Positions 29,621 through 43,175 are shown, counted from the stretch's first letter. The stretch: 64,000 nucleotides of DNA from the human T2T-CHM13v2.0 reference genome, Homo sapiens (GCF_009914755.1 NC_060945.1); one strand, 5' to 3'. A program made the numbers and translations. Notes: a model not told the origin generated them from the letters alone.

Positions 29621-31278
29621 TAACTTGCACAAAATCACACAGCATTAAGTGTTGGACCCAGAACTTAAATCCAGATATGCATCTGATTCCAAAGGCCGTG
29701 CCCGTTTAAAAAGAATACCAAAAAGCCACAGCTGACGTAATTACTATGAAATGTGTATACAAACGCGTATGTGGCCTTACACAGATTTTATTTGTGTTTG
29801 TGAATTAAAGGTGTGCAAAATGTAGTTTTGGAGAGGCTGCATCTTGGTGACATGGCCTAAAATTCATTCATGCCTAAAAGAGCACCGGAGGCCATTATGA
29901 GAACGTGTAGATGTATTTTTGCTAAAAGTGATCTACTGATCATTGATCATCTCACCATCTTCCTCCTCTTATCGCATAATTAAAAACTAGAGAATGGAAA
30001 GAAATCTCCAGGATCATAAGACAAAATAATGCCCAGTAAAGTTTCTGTTTCAAGGAATTGAATGGCACTTTCCTGTCATGGCAATAGAAGATTTAAAGGC
30101 ATGGATTTATGTAAATTCTTTGGGGAGCTGTCACATGGCCCACAAGGTTCATCTTCAGTCAGGTATCAGAAGGTTCTGCAAAGAAGCATAGCAGATAACA
30201 TCTAGCAATACATAGGAGATAACATGTAGCAATGTTCTGGGCTAGCCAGTTCCCCAGGAGGCTCCCTCTGTGGTTTCTGAATGGCCCATTTCATTCTGCA
30301 TACAAAAAAAGAGCAGTGTTTTCTTTCATTAGGTTTTATTCTCATATTATCAATGGTAATTCAATTATTCATTTATCCATATACTGGTAGGTGATTCCCA
30401 ACATCATTTATTAAATTGAAAGTAACAAAATTCTAAGTTATACTTGCCACCAATCCAATTTCTCTTTTTTTGTTATAAATATAATACTTTAGAATATTTG
30501 GAAAGTATTGAAAAAAGTGGACTGATTATTTAAAAGTCTCCAAACCTATGGATATCCACAATTAATATTTTGATGTGTGTATGGACACATACATCTCAAT
30601 GCTCACACACACCATTACTACATGGTTAAAGAAACTGAGGCTTTCCCTTTCTATGAAACATAGCAGGAATTCTAGTATACCAAGACGAAGGGTTTCACAT
30701 TGCCTTTCATTCCATGTCAAGTGCAATGCTTAATCTCTACGCAGACGTGACCTGGTCTTCTCCCAGTCCTCCCCTGGATAAGTGGAATTTTCATTGGTTG
30801 GAGTGGTACCCTGACGCTAAGCTGTCTCTCTTCACTTAGCGATTGAGGGGATGATAAAGGGGTTTTGCTTATAGCTTAGCTCTTAAGGACTACAAAGCTA
30901 GGCTCTAGTAAGGGTCAAGATTGTGAGCCCATTTGTGAAATCAAGTCATAAGTCACTTTTGCCACTATTTGAAGTCACAAGATTCCCCCTTATTCAAAAA
31001 GATATACGTAATATACAGAGATAACAAGAAAGATTTCCAAACAAGATTCTATAAACAAGATAATTTAAACAAGATTCATGAAGATGTTACTCATTTTCTT
31101 GGTCCAGGTATACAGCTTATATTTCAAAACAATCTATAATTGCTTTATCTTACCTTGCTTATGGCAAACTCCTCTTTTTTCTATCTTGAGAAAATAAAGA
31201 CAACAGAAATGTCCTAGAACTATTTATTTAATTTAATTAATCAAATTTAACTCTTATAAGATACCTAAGGTTACATAA

Positions 31279-31651
31279 TATATTTGCTTAGAGTGCCGTA
31301 ACAAAGTACCACAGACTGGGTGGTTTAAACGGCAGAAACTCGTTTTCTCACAGTTCTGCAGGCTAGGGGTTCGAGATCAAGGTGTTGGCAGAGTTGATTC
31401 CATTCAGAGGCTTCTCTTCTTGTGTTGTAGATGGCTGTGTTCTCACACGATCTTCCCTCTGTACATGTTTGTATCCTAACATCTTCTTAAAAGGACACCA
31501 TTCATATTGGATTAGAACCCATCCTAATGACCTCATGTTAATTCAATTATTCTCTTTAAAAACCTTACCTCCACATAAAGTTATATTCTGAGGTGCAAGA
31601 GGCAAGGACTTCAACATATGAATCCTGGGGGGAGACAATTAAGTCCATTGC
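31279..31651 (-). mobile_element. MLT1A/B-like MaLR solo LTR
   Basis: GTAACAAAGTACCACAGACTGGGTGGTTTAAAC...GGACTTCAACATATGAAT...GGGGGAGACAATT. Confidence 0.8.
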
Positions 31652-32099
31652 ACGTAGGTGGTGAATTAAGGGTCTGAGGTTTAAACAATGTTTTTTTTCT
31701 GACTCAAAGACCAGATTTTTTCACTGGACGAAAGCTGCCTCTATGTTGTTAATTCTCTTCTCCACTGCCTATATTCCATATCATTAAGCAACTTCACCTC
31801 CCACCATCCCAAGGTGGAGCTAGTTGCTAGTAAGATTTTGAAGAAATTAAAGTCCTTCCTCTCTTCAGAAGGTGGAGTAGATGAACTATAAGGATAAGAG
31901 GTGGCAATCCGTAAGTAAAGTGATTGAAATGCAGATTATGAAAGTTGTATCATTATTAGTCTGGAAAAGAGACATTTATTGAATGAATATAAATTGTTTG
32001 CCACTAACTGCTAGACTTATTGAATTCTACTCAACTAGTGAGATCTAGTTTAAGGGGAAAACAATAGAAAGTCCCTAGGTCTATCTAGTCATTGTTTTA

Positions 32100-32260
32100 T
32101 TTGTTCTTCACCATAACCTGTTAGGTGGATAAAGTTCCTTTATTTTTATCATTTTAGAGAATAAGGAGTAGAAGCTCAGAGAGTTTGTGTAACTTGCTCA
32201 AGTAGTGGAACTAGGACTCCAACCCATTTCTTTTGATTCAGAGTACAGTGATCTTTTGCC
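32100..32260 (-). mobile_element. MIR
   Basis: ATTTTAGAGAATAAGGAGTAGAAGCTCAGAGAG...TAACTTGCTCAAG. Confidence 0.55.
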
Positions 32261-32416
32261 TGTACTTGCTGTCTCCCCATTCAATGTACCCACAGGATGC
32301 TGTGTGAAGTTCTGTAGGTAATTTGTAGATTCACCACGGGATGTGCTCTCAAAGAACTTTCTTTGTGAAACATCAAACTATCATACTCCTCACCCTCCTC
32401 ACTCTGCCCCTACTGA

Positions 32417-32796
<380 letters not shown>

Positions 32797-33046
32797 TGAA
32801 GTCTTATTTCATATTATACTTTTATTCATGTTCTAGAAGTGGGACTTACTCAGAAGTGTAAGCAACTGACTGCTATGGAGTATGACTGGAAAGTTCACAA
32901 GCTCACATCTGCCCTAAAATATCTCTCCACCTATCTGCCAAGATGCCATACTTTCTTTCAACCAACTTTAACATCTTATCTGTAAGCATACTAGAATTGG
33001 AAAAACAAACAAACAACAAAAAAACCTGGTTCAATTATTTCTATAA

Positions 33047-33470
33047 CAGTGCCTTTCACTAGTGAGTGTGAAATCAGTTTTGCAGGTCAAAACCAGCATT
33101 TCAAATATGAAGTAGAAAAAATAAAATAGAAAATATTTAAGTGAAGTGCATGAAATTGGGGGAAATATTATTTCATGACATTTTGTTTCCATTTTTTTCT
33201 TTGTGTATGTGAGACCTCACATACTAAATCCTTATGAAAAATTTATTTCTTGGGAGATGACAGTGAAAAAAAAGGTTAAGAAGTAATCTTTTTTAAAAAA
33301 TAACTTTATGCTTTTTGATTTGAGGATTGTTTTGACAATATGATAAAAGTTATGGTTCTTCTCTCAAAATAAAGGCACACAAATCTACACACCTATGTTT
33401 TGGGTACAAACGTAAAGGGCTGATAAACCATATGACTCTCATCCACTGTGCTCAAGTTGAGGACATCTGC
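33047..33470. mobile_element. hAT-Charlie DNA transposon fragments
   Basis: CAGTG start and Charlie-like internal segments; heavily decayed. Confidence 0.4.
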
Positions 33471-34049
33471 TCTAGCTAAAAATGGCATGTATTCTCTGGA
33501 AAGGGAAGAAATGGCCCTGGAGATCTCTTCTGTGCTCTTGGCCTCAACATTTAAATATTCAGCCTGAATGCCTTTAGTATTTTAAAGCTAACAGCATAGC
33601 CTGAAGCGGATGAGATGATGAGATGTTAGCACATTTGGTTAATAACTTTTTATTAAATAAAGTAAAACTAAGTATATGGCGATGTTCAAACCATTCCACA
33701 CCAGCTCCACTGAACTTACATTCCAAAGAGGAAGAAAGGCAATAAGCAACTAAATAATAAATGAATGAAGTAATTTCAGATAGGGTTAAGTGTTATAGAG
33801 GAAATAATTGGAATGATGAAATAGAGAAAACTGGAGAGGAGGTGCAATAAGTTAAGGAAGATACAGTAGTTTATTGTGAATGAAGGTCCAGGGAATGCCT
33901 CTTTTTTATTAGATATGATTACTGTACCAATATCTGTGGTCATGCCTCCTCTACCACATTACAACTATCAGTGCTTTACAATATTTCAAGAACTCCATGA
34001 ATATTTGTAGATTGGTGACTTTATTTCAGAATTGATGGAGAAAATATCA

Positions 34050-34240
34050 TGGCTAAGAGTATAGATTCTAGCATCAGACTGCCTAAGATTGGATCCTTGC
34101 TTTGTCCTTTACTGACAATGTAGTTGGAGGGAAGTTACTTAATCTTGTTGACTTTCTATTTCTTCTAGTTTATCTCTAAAATGGGAAAAATAGTATTACC
34201 TACATGATAAGGAGGATTAAATAGGTTAAGATATGTAAAG
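34050..34240 (+). mobile_element. MIR, split by the adjacent LTR
   Basis: GGCTAAGAGTATAGATTCTAG...CAGACTGCCT...AAGTTACTTAATCT...CTAAAATGGG. Confidence 0.6.
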
Positions 34241-34244
34241 AGCT

Positions 34245-34780
34245 TGTGTATTACATTTTCTGGTTATCCACTCCAGAATTCAGTGGCTTCAAGTAACAGG
34301 CATTTTATGATATCTCACAATTTTCTGGGTCAGAAATGTAGGCAGATCTCAAAAGGGCAATTCTTCTCCTTCATTCTTCTGTTTCATCGGTTGGCCATTG
34401 GTGGTATTTGGCTGGCAAATGAGCTGGTTGGGAGGTCCAGGTGGCTTTACCCACATATCTAGCATGTGTAGGTATGACTGGAAGGCTGAAAAGATTGACC
34501 AGATGTCCTACTTGTGACCTTTCCAGCAGACCTTCTCAGGATAATCAGATTTCTTATGCAGAAGCTCAAGACTCTGAGACAGAGTGTTTTAAGAAAAGAG
34601 AAATAGGTGCTGCCAGATTTTTAGGGGCCAGGTCCAGAAACTAACACAGAGACAGTTTTGTCCTGTTCAACTCATCAAAGCCATTAGAGATACAACCCAG
34701 ATTGAGGGAGGAATTCTAGATTCCATCTCTCTATGGGAAAAATATCAAAAAATGTATAGCCATCTTTAACCTGCCACACT
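34245..34780 (-). mobile_element. Old MaLR LTR (MLT1G/H-like)
   Basis: CAGTGGCTTCAAGTAACAGGCATTTTATGATATCTCAC...GGGTCAGAAAT...GATTCCATCTCTCTATGGG. Confidence 0.55.
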
Positions 34781-35898
34781 ATCTACAGCACTTAGAAAGT
34801 ACTAGTTAAGACTCTAAGCTATAATTATTTTATCTTGTTTTTACCTTTCAAAAACTCTGGTTATGTTTATTTCAGATTGAGTAGCAAAATCAACCTTTAG
34901 CCTTGATTTCTCTTTACCTTTTCCGTCCCTAATTTTTAAAATAGCCCTCATCAGTAGGTGCCAGTTGGAGATTTAAAAACAGGCATGCCCTATACAAGCC
35001 AGTGAGTATTAATTGTGAGTGTTTCCCTCTCATGGTAGCAACAGTTTTTATTTATGTCATAAGTCACACATATCTTGGTTTCAGTATATTCATTGGTAGC
35101 CCATAATCCCACTAATATTACCACACAGCTGTGTGTGTTTCTTCTTCAGAGAACAAGGGAACAAGACTTAGCAGCAAGGTGATATCTGAGTACATTAAAA
35201 TTCATAGTGAACAATAAAATGTTTCTTGACCCATATACGACTTGACTGAACCCCAGTTTGTTACTTTTTTCTCCCCAATATCAACAAAATCTTCCAAATT
35301 AAAACAGCAGAAACACAAAGCCACATAAAAAGTTGAACGAGTTCACATTTTAAAATTTCTTGTAAAAGACTGATGATTGTGTGACCTTAATCTAAACAGA
35401 CATTTCCTGTAACCGCTTATGCCCCATAAGGAATCTGCAGCTAATAGGGCCTCTGCATTCTTATCTATTGGCTTGGCTGTCTGAATGAGTATGTATTTGC
35501 TTTGACCATCTGCTCCTATCCCTCATTTTTTATTTAATTTTTTTTCAGATTTAATACTGTCCTGAGGTACACAAATGCTCTTTTTGGTTTGTGAAGCTCA
35601 AGGTCAATTTAAAGGCAAGTCCCTAGAGAAGTGAGCATTTGTGACTAGGTCATCTATTTCCCTGAATCTGTTACAGCTTTTGAGACGTATGTAAGAAGGA
35701 GAAAGCAGATAAGCCAAATTGGTTTTTGAGACGAGGGGCACCTACAAATGTAGCACTATTGACCATGAAAGTGTAGCATAATAGTATTTATTTGGAAAAA
35801 GATCCATTTGATCATTTTATCCTCTGGGAAGCTACAATGTCTACATCTTTCTTTTATTAAAAAGTTCGTTAGAATGTAACCCATTCCACCCTCTTCAA

Positions 35899-35917
35899 CC
35901 ACACCCCCGCCCACGCA
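35899..35917. promoter_or_regulatory. Overlapping KLF (CCACACCC), SP (CCCCGCCC) and EGR (CGCCCACGCA) motifs
   Basis: Exact motif matches with intact CpGs in otherwise CpG-poor unique DNA. Confidence 0.35.
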
Positions 35918-38559
35918 GCCCCGGTTTTGTCTATTAAACAAATTCTGTTTTGAGATCATTTTCCCTAAGTTTCCCAGAATTACTACTCCCCCCTCTCAAA
36001 ACTGTTTTAATTTGTGTAACAAGGCTACTCCAGAGGGATATTTGCTAGCAGGAGTATTGATCCAGTAATGGAGTTGCAGTTCAATTGCGGTGACAAGAAG
36101 CCCGATTTTTTTTTTTTTTTTTTTCCTTTAAGGATGATCAAGATATTTAGATTCCAGAGGGTAAAATTTGCACATGAAATCACCTGATTTTCCTCGTGAC
36201 ATTACGTTTTACTGCTTAGGCAATACACTTGCCTTAGCAGTTTGTTAGAAGTTCACACATTTGCACCTTTTAAATAGCTTTCAAAAAGAAGGCTGTGATT
36301 CTCTCTCGGGGAGAGAAAAATTGCCCTCTCACAAGTGGGAAGTTGATATTCCTTGGAGACCACCGGTCTTCTCATGTGTGACATTATTCCCATTCTCATA
36401 CTGAGACTCTTACAGACTTTATGTGAAGCACAGTGTGGTGGAAGGAACACTAATGAGGAGCCAGGAGGCCTGGCTTTCATACTCTTCTGCTCTTCATCAG
36501 CTGCTGATGCTGGACTAGGCACTTAACCTTTCTGACGGTCCTCTTCCTCTGCCATTTTAAAACAAGCATAAGTTGCTATGTGATCTTACGGGCTCCTTTC
36601 CATTCTAAAAGACAAACCAAGGTATAACAAGCTTAAAATATTAATAGCTTTGGTATGAGTTGAAAATGGACAGTGTCAAAAAAAAAACTTTAAATCATTT
36701 TTGTTTTAATGTATTCCTTAATGCTAGTGTGAGAAACTCATTTCTTTCATCTGAGATTTTTAACCAAAAGCTGGCCCTGTTGTCCTCACTTCTGATGAGA
36801 CAATCTGAGAACCTTGCATAGGGTGTGGATGTGGAACATGTTGAGCTGATGTCAGAGTTTCAGTCACCTTTACACAGCAGCGTTTCCCATCAGACTGATG
36901 TTCACACTTCTATTTCTGGCAGCAACCTGCTTGGCCACAGGGTTTGTACAATTTCTCTTTTTTTCTCAACACAGCAATTTCCCAGTGCATGTAAACTCTG
37001 TGTTAATTATTTTGGCTATTAACTAGGAAAGAAGAAAAGCTCACATTTGCTAAATCCAGAATGACGGAGTGGATTCAGAAGTGCTCTCTCAACAAAGTGG
37101 TTTACACTCTGGAGCTAATGCAAACTCTCTTTGTTTCAATGTATTGCTCGCAAATATTGATTAATCATTTTTCTTTATTAGCTTATGCCCTCTTGGTGGT
37201 ATAATGCATTTGACTTTCCTTCTGTCTTCCAGGAGAGTGGGATATTATAAACCTGAGCTGACACTTCAGCAAAAGGGTTCCAGAGGTTTCTAGAGATGGG
37301 GAAACAGATGATTAATGTCAGTCTCCTCTAATAAAAAATAAACGTTAGAGAGAGAGGGTGTGTTTTTTCTTACGTCCTTTAAAACCTTGTGCTATGAGTA
37401 TGCGACAGTAGTGAGGCAGAAGACACTATGGTGAAATCATTCAGTTCAGGAGGCTCATTCTTCTATTAATTCCACAGTGCTTCCTGGACACAGTTTTCTG
37501 TGCCTTTTAAAGAAGGGCCAGAGGCCTATTCTAAAACCTGTATGGCTGTCAAATAAATATCACTGTGCCGGCAAAAGAGAGATTCTGGTTGAGGCCTTTC
37601 CCTCTTAACTACCTAAGGACTGTATATTTTTAGGTACAAAGGAAAGAATTAAGCTGCCTTTTGTGTCCCAGTTGATAAGCATAGTCTTAACAGTCAGAAC
37701 TCTCTGGCTCTAAGCATGAAAAGAAACTTTTAGTTTACACATAAAAGGGGTGCTTCACACACAGGACAAGGAAATGGGAAGTTATAAGGACCCCGGACAT
37801 TATCTCCCTGTACATCTGTTTTCTTCTCAAGCTGGTTTTTATCACTCAGTCAACACCATGGGGAAGATAGCCACTTCACAGGCCTTGAGATCTCTATCTT
37901 ATTTTAGGAAAACGGAGCATACTAAACCAAGGGCGTTTCCCTCTCAGTTCTAAATTCAGCAGGAGAGGATTTTATTGTCTCAGCTCATGTCAAACAAGTA
38001 CTTTTCCTTGAATTAATTAGGGGAAGGGGGTTTGGTAAAGAAACATATATGTGGCTGCCAGGAAGATCCTCTCACTGCCTCTTCATCTTCTCTACCACTA
38101 TGAATGAAAGAAGCCAGTCAAGAATGATTACCTAAAGGACCTTTGACCACTGTCAAAGACCTGAACTTTCATAGCCACACCCGAAAGTAAAACACAACGT
38201 ATGTTCTCAATTGATCTGCCTTGTAGATGCTTGTCAAGAGGGGTTTTACCTTTGTGCCAATATAGAAAGTAGGACCCAAAGCTGTGGACAAGACATACTC
38301 TTATTACCATTTCTTTGAAATTTAGACACTGTTACTGACTTTTTACTGCAGAAGAGAGGGATTTTACTCCCCTTCACAGCCGACATCCTTACCACACCAA
38401 CACTCATGCCTGTTCCTCTCTCCTATTCCCACATTTATATGCACCACTGTCACACAGCACATTTCCTGTTTCCACAATATCAATTTTGGATAGAACAATA
38501 ATTCGTGTTTATATTATTATTAATATGTAAATGTTATTTACATAGAACTATGTAAAATA

Positions 38560-38940
38560 TAGCATAAGCCAGAATTGGTTAATCCATACTGTAGTAACAA
38601 TCAACACCAGAATTTCAGTGGCTTTCCGTCGTGCAAAATCAGCTCCAGGTTCAAGTGACTCTCCAGGGCATTTGTCCTTCATGCTTGACACAGCTATCCA
38701 GAATGTTCTGATCTTGTGGCTGCACCCACTCAATAATAATTTCAAAGGGAAAGGAGAGAGAGAAGGGAGTGGAAAATCCAGGGGCTTTTCATTGCTTCAG
38801 ACCAGAAGTGATCATTTGTTATTTTTGCTCACACTTAATTGACTCAAACTAGTCACATGGCTTTGTCTAATTGCATGGATATTGGGATATGAAATTTTCA
38901 GGAGGGAAAACTGAATGGGATATTGGTGATGTCTATTACA
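38560..38940 (-). mobile_element. Old MaLR LTR (MLT1J/K/L-like)
   Basis: GTAGTAACAATCAACACCAGAATTTCAGTGGCTT...AACTAGTCACATGGC. Confidence 0.5.
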
Positions 38941-38959
38941 TGTCAGATTACTTTTTCTC

Positions 38960-40750
38960 TTTTTTCCACTTTTTGTTGAGTTTAAAAATTCCTGAAGGTT
39001 ATACTTATTTTGTTATTTTGTTTACTCATATAAAATATGAGTTTCATCTACTTGACCATATCTCCCCTTTAGCATTTTGACCAGTTTCAATCTCGACTGG
39101 GTTTTCTCCATAACAGTTTTGGAGTTGTTTTCCTGGGACTCTTTCTGCCTCTCACTTTGAGTTGATCCCAAATATTCCTCTTTTGGTTTTACATCTTCAC
39201 TTTGATGGAGCATGTCGTACATGATTTCTTGAGATGGGTACATTGGAGGTAAATTTTTCAATAACTCATATATCTAAAAATGCATTTCTAAATTTCATTT
39301 TTATATCTAAAAATTTCTTTATTTTACATCATTTTATTTTTACTTTGAGATTGTGGCTGGATATAAAAATCTAGTTTGAAAATAACTTTTTCACAGGATT
39401 TTAAAGGCATTTTTTTGTTTTATCTCTTGTAAATAGTGCTTCTGTGGAGAAAGAGCATTTTTATTCTGGTATTTTATGTCTTTTTCTTTTTCCTTTTGAA
39501 ACTCTTGTAGAATCTTTGTTTCTAGCATTTTGAAAGTTTGCAATGACGCTTAATGTGTATCCATTGCATTGGCCACTCAATGGGTCTTTCAAATTGAATG
39601 ACTCTTCAATTCAGAGAAATTTATAGAAAACAAATTTAACTTATTTTTTTTCTCCTGTTAACCTTTTGGTATCTCCTATTTTGTGAATATTGTACCTCCT
39701 ATACTGGTCCTATAATTTTCCTATCTTTTCTATTTTATATTTAGTTTTAAAATATCTTCTTTTAATGTTTTTACTTAATTTTTAATTTCTACTTTAATAT
39801 TTTAGATTTCAAAAGTCTCTTTCTTATGGTTTTTTTTTTTTTGTCTTTTTTTTTTTTTTGGTAGAAGTGGCAGTTCTTGTTCCATGGATGAAATAACTTA
39901 TCTTTTTTTCTCTGAGAATATTAATAATGCTTTTCCCCCATCTCCTTGAATAGATTCCCTTTTCTTCAAGTTTCATATTGCTGTTGGCTTATTTTGGTTC
40001 GTTTTTCATGTTAGAAACTTTCCTCAGATATCTTGTGATTTTTGGATGTATGCTTATGTATGAGGATTGCTCACTATAAAGCTGACTGGAATGTTTGTAT
40101 GTATGTGTGTATGTGTGACTTATTGATTATAGGTTTAACTGTAAACTGTTCTTATTAGGTGATCTCATAGGGGATCCTAAATCAATAGGTTTAGATCTTT
40201 TTCTTGTAAATAGCTCAGATTCTTCGATAAAAATTCTCTCATGCATGGATGGTATAAATCTGTCTACCAGCATCCCTAGAGCTAGGAGGAAAAAATAGGA
40301 CTGGGGATTTCAATATAAATGTATAGACTTTTACTTAGTTCCCATGTTTTCAGTACAGAATACTTGGTTCAAAGTTCTGGTATTGGTATCTCTTAATTCT
40401 GAATCGCTCTGCACTACATTCCACATTCTAAATCTCTGGTATTCTGCCAGTGTGAAAGTGGCACAGATCTTTGGCTGAGCAGCATAGAAGGGGAAATCTT
40501 GAAGTCTTATTGCCTCTCATACAGGCTTTCAATAAGTCCTCTTATTCCTAGTTCACATTCCCTTGTACTTCTACATGTTAATGGTCTCCCCTAGATTCAT
40601 GAGATTTTTGAGAGTGTATGAAGCAAATTGAATAATTTTTTTTTCAAATCTACTTACTGCTAGCTTAGGATTTAGCTTCCTGGGGTCTCCAAATTATTTC
40701 TTACTTATTCTGCCTTCCCAAATGTTGTGATTATTGTTTTTTTCCCTATG
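38960..40750 (-). mobile_element. HAL1/old L1M ORF1-region relic
   Basis: Minus strand AAAATTTACCTCCAATGTACCCATCTCAAGAAATC...ATGCTCCATCAAAGTGAAGATGTAAAACC resembles the HAL1/L1M ORF1 C-terminus; T-rich + strand. Confidence 0.55.
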
Positions 40751-40794
40751 CTGTTTTTCTAAGTTGGAAAACCCCTTATATTGACACTTAAAAT

Positions 40795-41160
40795 TGTATT
40801 ATGAAAATTTTCAAGCATGTACAAAATTTTTAAGCATGTAAAAAGTACAGAGATAATAATAATAATAAGCTTCTATGTACTCACTTAGCTTCAACAAGCA
40901 CCAATATATTGTCAATGTATTAATCAACCCCTCTTCTCCTCCTATTCCAACTTCCCACTAGAATGTTTTAAAACAAATCCTAGACACACATAATTTAATT
41001 TATAGGTAATGCTCACATTAATGTAACAGGTAAAGACTTAAAAAACCTAATTGTAAAACAACATCAGTAATTATTTAAGATAACCTAGTACCAAAATCCA
41101 TTTCAATTCTCTCTGATAATCAGAAAAAGTTGTCTTCTTACTTTTCTTTCTTTTTTAAAA
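40795..41160 (-). mobile_element. L1ME/L1MC 3' end
   Basis: TATTATGAAAATTTTCAAGCATGTACAAAA...AAAACAAATCCTAGACA. Confidence 0.55.
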
Positions 41161-41281
41161 AAATTAGAATCTTCATACTGTCTGGCTGATCAGCAAGCAA
41201 GCATAGTTGACCCAGTCATCAAACATGAGAAATATGACTGCTGTATCTCCACCCATTTCTGTGGAAGGTTGGTGGCATAGG

Positions 41282-41415
41282 TAGACATGACCACATGCCC
41301 ACGACCACTTCAGGAGTCTTCGTTTAAGTCTTTTACCCAAGCACATTTGTTGACAGTGTCTTTAGTCATGCTCAGAAGTGTTATGATTTGGACAAGAAAT
41401 TATGTAGTCACTCTA
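41282..41415 (-). mobile_element. MER94-like hAT-Blackjack MITE
   Basis: Minus strand TAGAGTGACTACATAATTTCTTGTCCAAA...GCATGTGGTCATGTCTA, about 134 bp; degenerate 8-bp TSD GGCATAGG/CGCATATG. Confidence 0.65.
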
Positions 41416-41879
41416 CGCATATGGACAGGTCCTATCACCAATGGAGAAAGCCCATAAGGAATTTTAATACTTTATTTTCTCTACAAGTCTTAGGTCTTGC
41501 AAAGGCCCTACTTTTTAAAATGGGCTCACAATATCCATTCCTCTTCTTTTACCCACTTCCCATTTGAAGAGGGGATTGAATAGTCAGGTTACTTTCCTTT
41601 ATAGTGTGTAGCATGCTCTTGAGGTATTGCTCAATGTCTTCAGTCCAGAACTTCAGTCTGGGCATGGAATTCTCATTCTACAACCCTAAACTTGAAACAT
41701 TGACCTTGGGTACAAATGTGAGATTCACTAATTTGAGGGTGGAGATGATTCATAGTACAGTTATTATCATTCTTTAATTAATTACCTGAACAGCTCCTTG
41801 TGGCCTGTTCCATCTCCCAGACCCTGTGCCTTTTGTTCTTTGTGTGATTTGGTGCTTAAAAAAAAATCATTTATTTTGA

Positions 41880-42140
41880 GCTCTTCTTTGTTTGTAAAGG
41901 ACTTATAGTTCTGCAGCTATGTTAGATTTCATTGTCAGTCTGTTCCCACTTGCTTCATATTATCTTCCAGGAATTCTTTGCTTTTCTGGTTTGTGGTGGT
42001 GTAACACCTGACTTTCAAGTGCTTTTATGAGTTTACTTTTTATCATTTTACTTACTGTGTCATTAGAAAAGGGATTTGAGGAAGCAGGGAAGGAAGCTTA
42101 ACTCAAGAGTGTTCGGTAAGCCATCATGAATGAGAACCTC
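41880..42140 (-). mobile_element. HAL1/L1M 5' end
   Basis: GAGTGTTCGGTAAGCCATCATGAATGAGAAC resembles the reverse of the L1M/HAL1 5' terminus (CAAGATGGCGGACTGAACAC). Confidence 0.45.
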
Positions 42141-42459
42141 TATGTGTTTTTTCTTATTATTACAGACTTCTTGAAATTTTATTTCAATTTTTCTCCAGTT
42201 TTATATATATTATTTATTTTATATTATATATATAAACTTGCAGAGACAATCTTCCAATAGAAAATCTACTGAATATGACAACAGATGTGCATAGTCATAT
42301 GCGATCTATAACTGCTAAAATCTCTCACCCAAGAAAAAAGAGATGGGCTTATTCTCCACGATTATAAGGAGAAGTTCTACTAGAAAATTAGAATTCTATT
42401 CAAGAAAGATAGATAAAACTGATGTGATTCAGAAAAATGCAAATAAAAATGGTAATTAA

Positions 42460-43175
42460 TTGCCACTACACTCTCACCAGAATGGGTAAATGAGAGAGAC
42501 TGATATCACCAAGTGTTGGCAAGGATGAAGAGTAACCAGAATTTCTTTACCAGATGGTAGGAGTAAAAGCTGGTAAAAACCATTAGGAAAACTGGCATTG
42601 TCTACTAAATCTGAGCACACACAAATCCAGAAATTTAACTTCTGAGTTTATATCCTATAGAAATGCATATATAAGTGCACCAAAAAACACTTAAGAGAAT
42701 GTTCATAGCAGTATTGTTTTTCAGAAGCCTGAAACTGGAAAGAACCAAATGTCCATCAACAGAAAAATGAATAAGCAAATTATAAATACCCATACATTAG
42801 CATACACAGCATATTAATACTATATAGCAATAAAAATGACAAACTGCTGCTACATACAACAGAGCTCAATCTCACAAAAGTTATGTTGAACAAAATAACA
42901 GACACAAAAGTGTACAAAATTGTATATATTGTATGATACCATTTAGAGAGTCTGAGAGGAATAAAAAGTAATCTATGGCATTAGATATCAGGACAGTAAT
43001 TACCTTTGGGGAGAAGGAAGGATATTGGGTGATGGAAATGGGTACAAAGTGAGACTTCGGGTGTTGGTAATGTTCTTTGTTGTGTTATCATGGAAATTTT
43101 ATGAGTGTGTTTAACTTTTGATAATTCATCAAATGATATACCAATTTTGTGCATGTATACAATTCTTCAATTAAA
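42460..43175 (+). mobile_element. L1ME/L1MC 3' region
   Basis: CCAAGTGTTGGCAAGGATG...GAATGTTCATAGCAGTATT...ATGTCCATCAACAG. Confidence 0.7.

Noticed and set aside
41282-41415. Minus-strand peptide RRLLKWS(G)HVV resembling an RTE-LINE RT C-terminus
   Set aside because: It needs a frameshift and is better explained as a MER94-like MITE with TIRs and an 8-bp TSD
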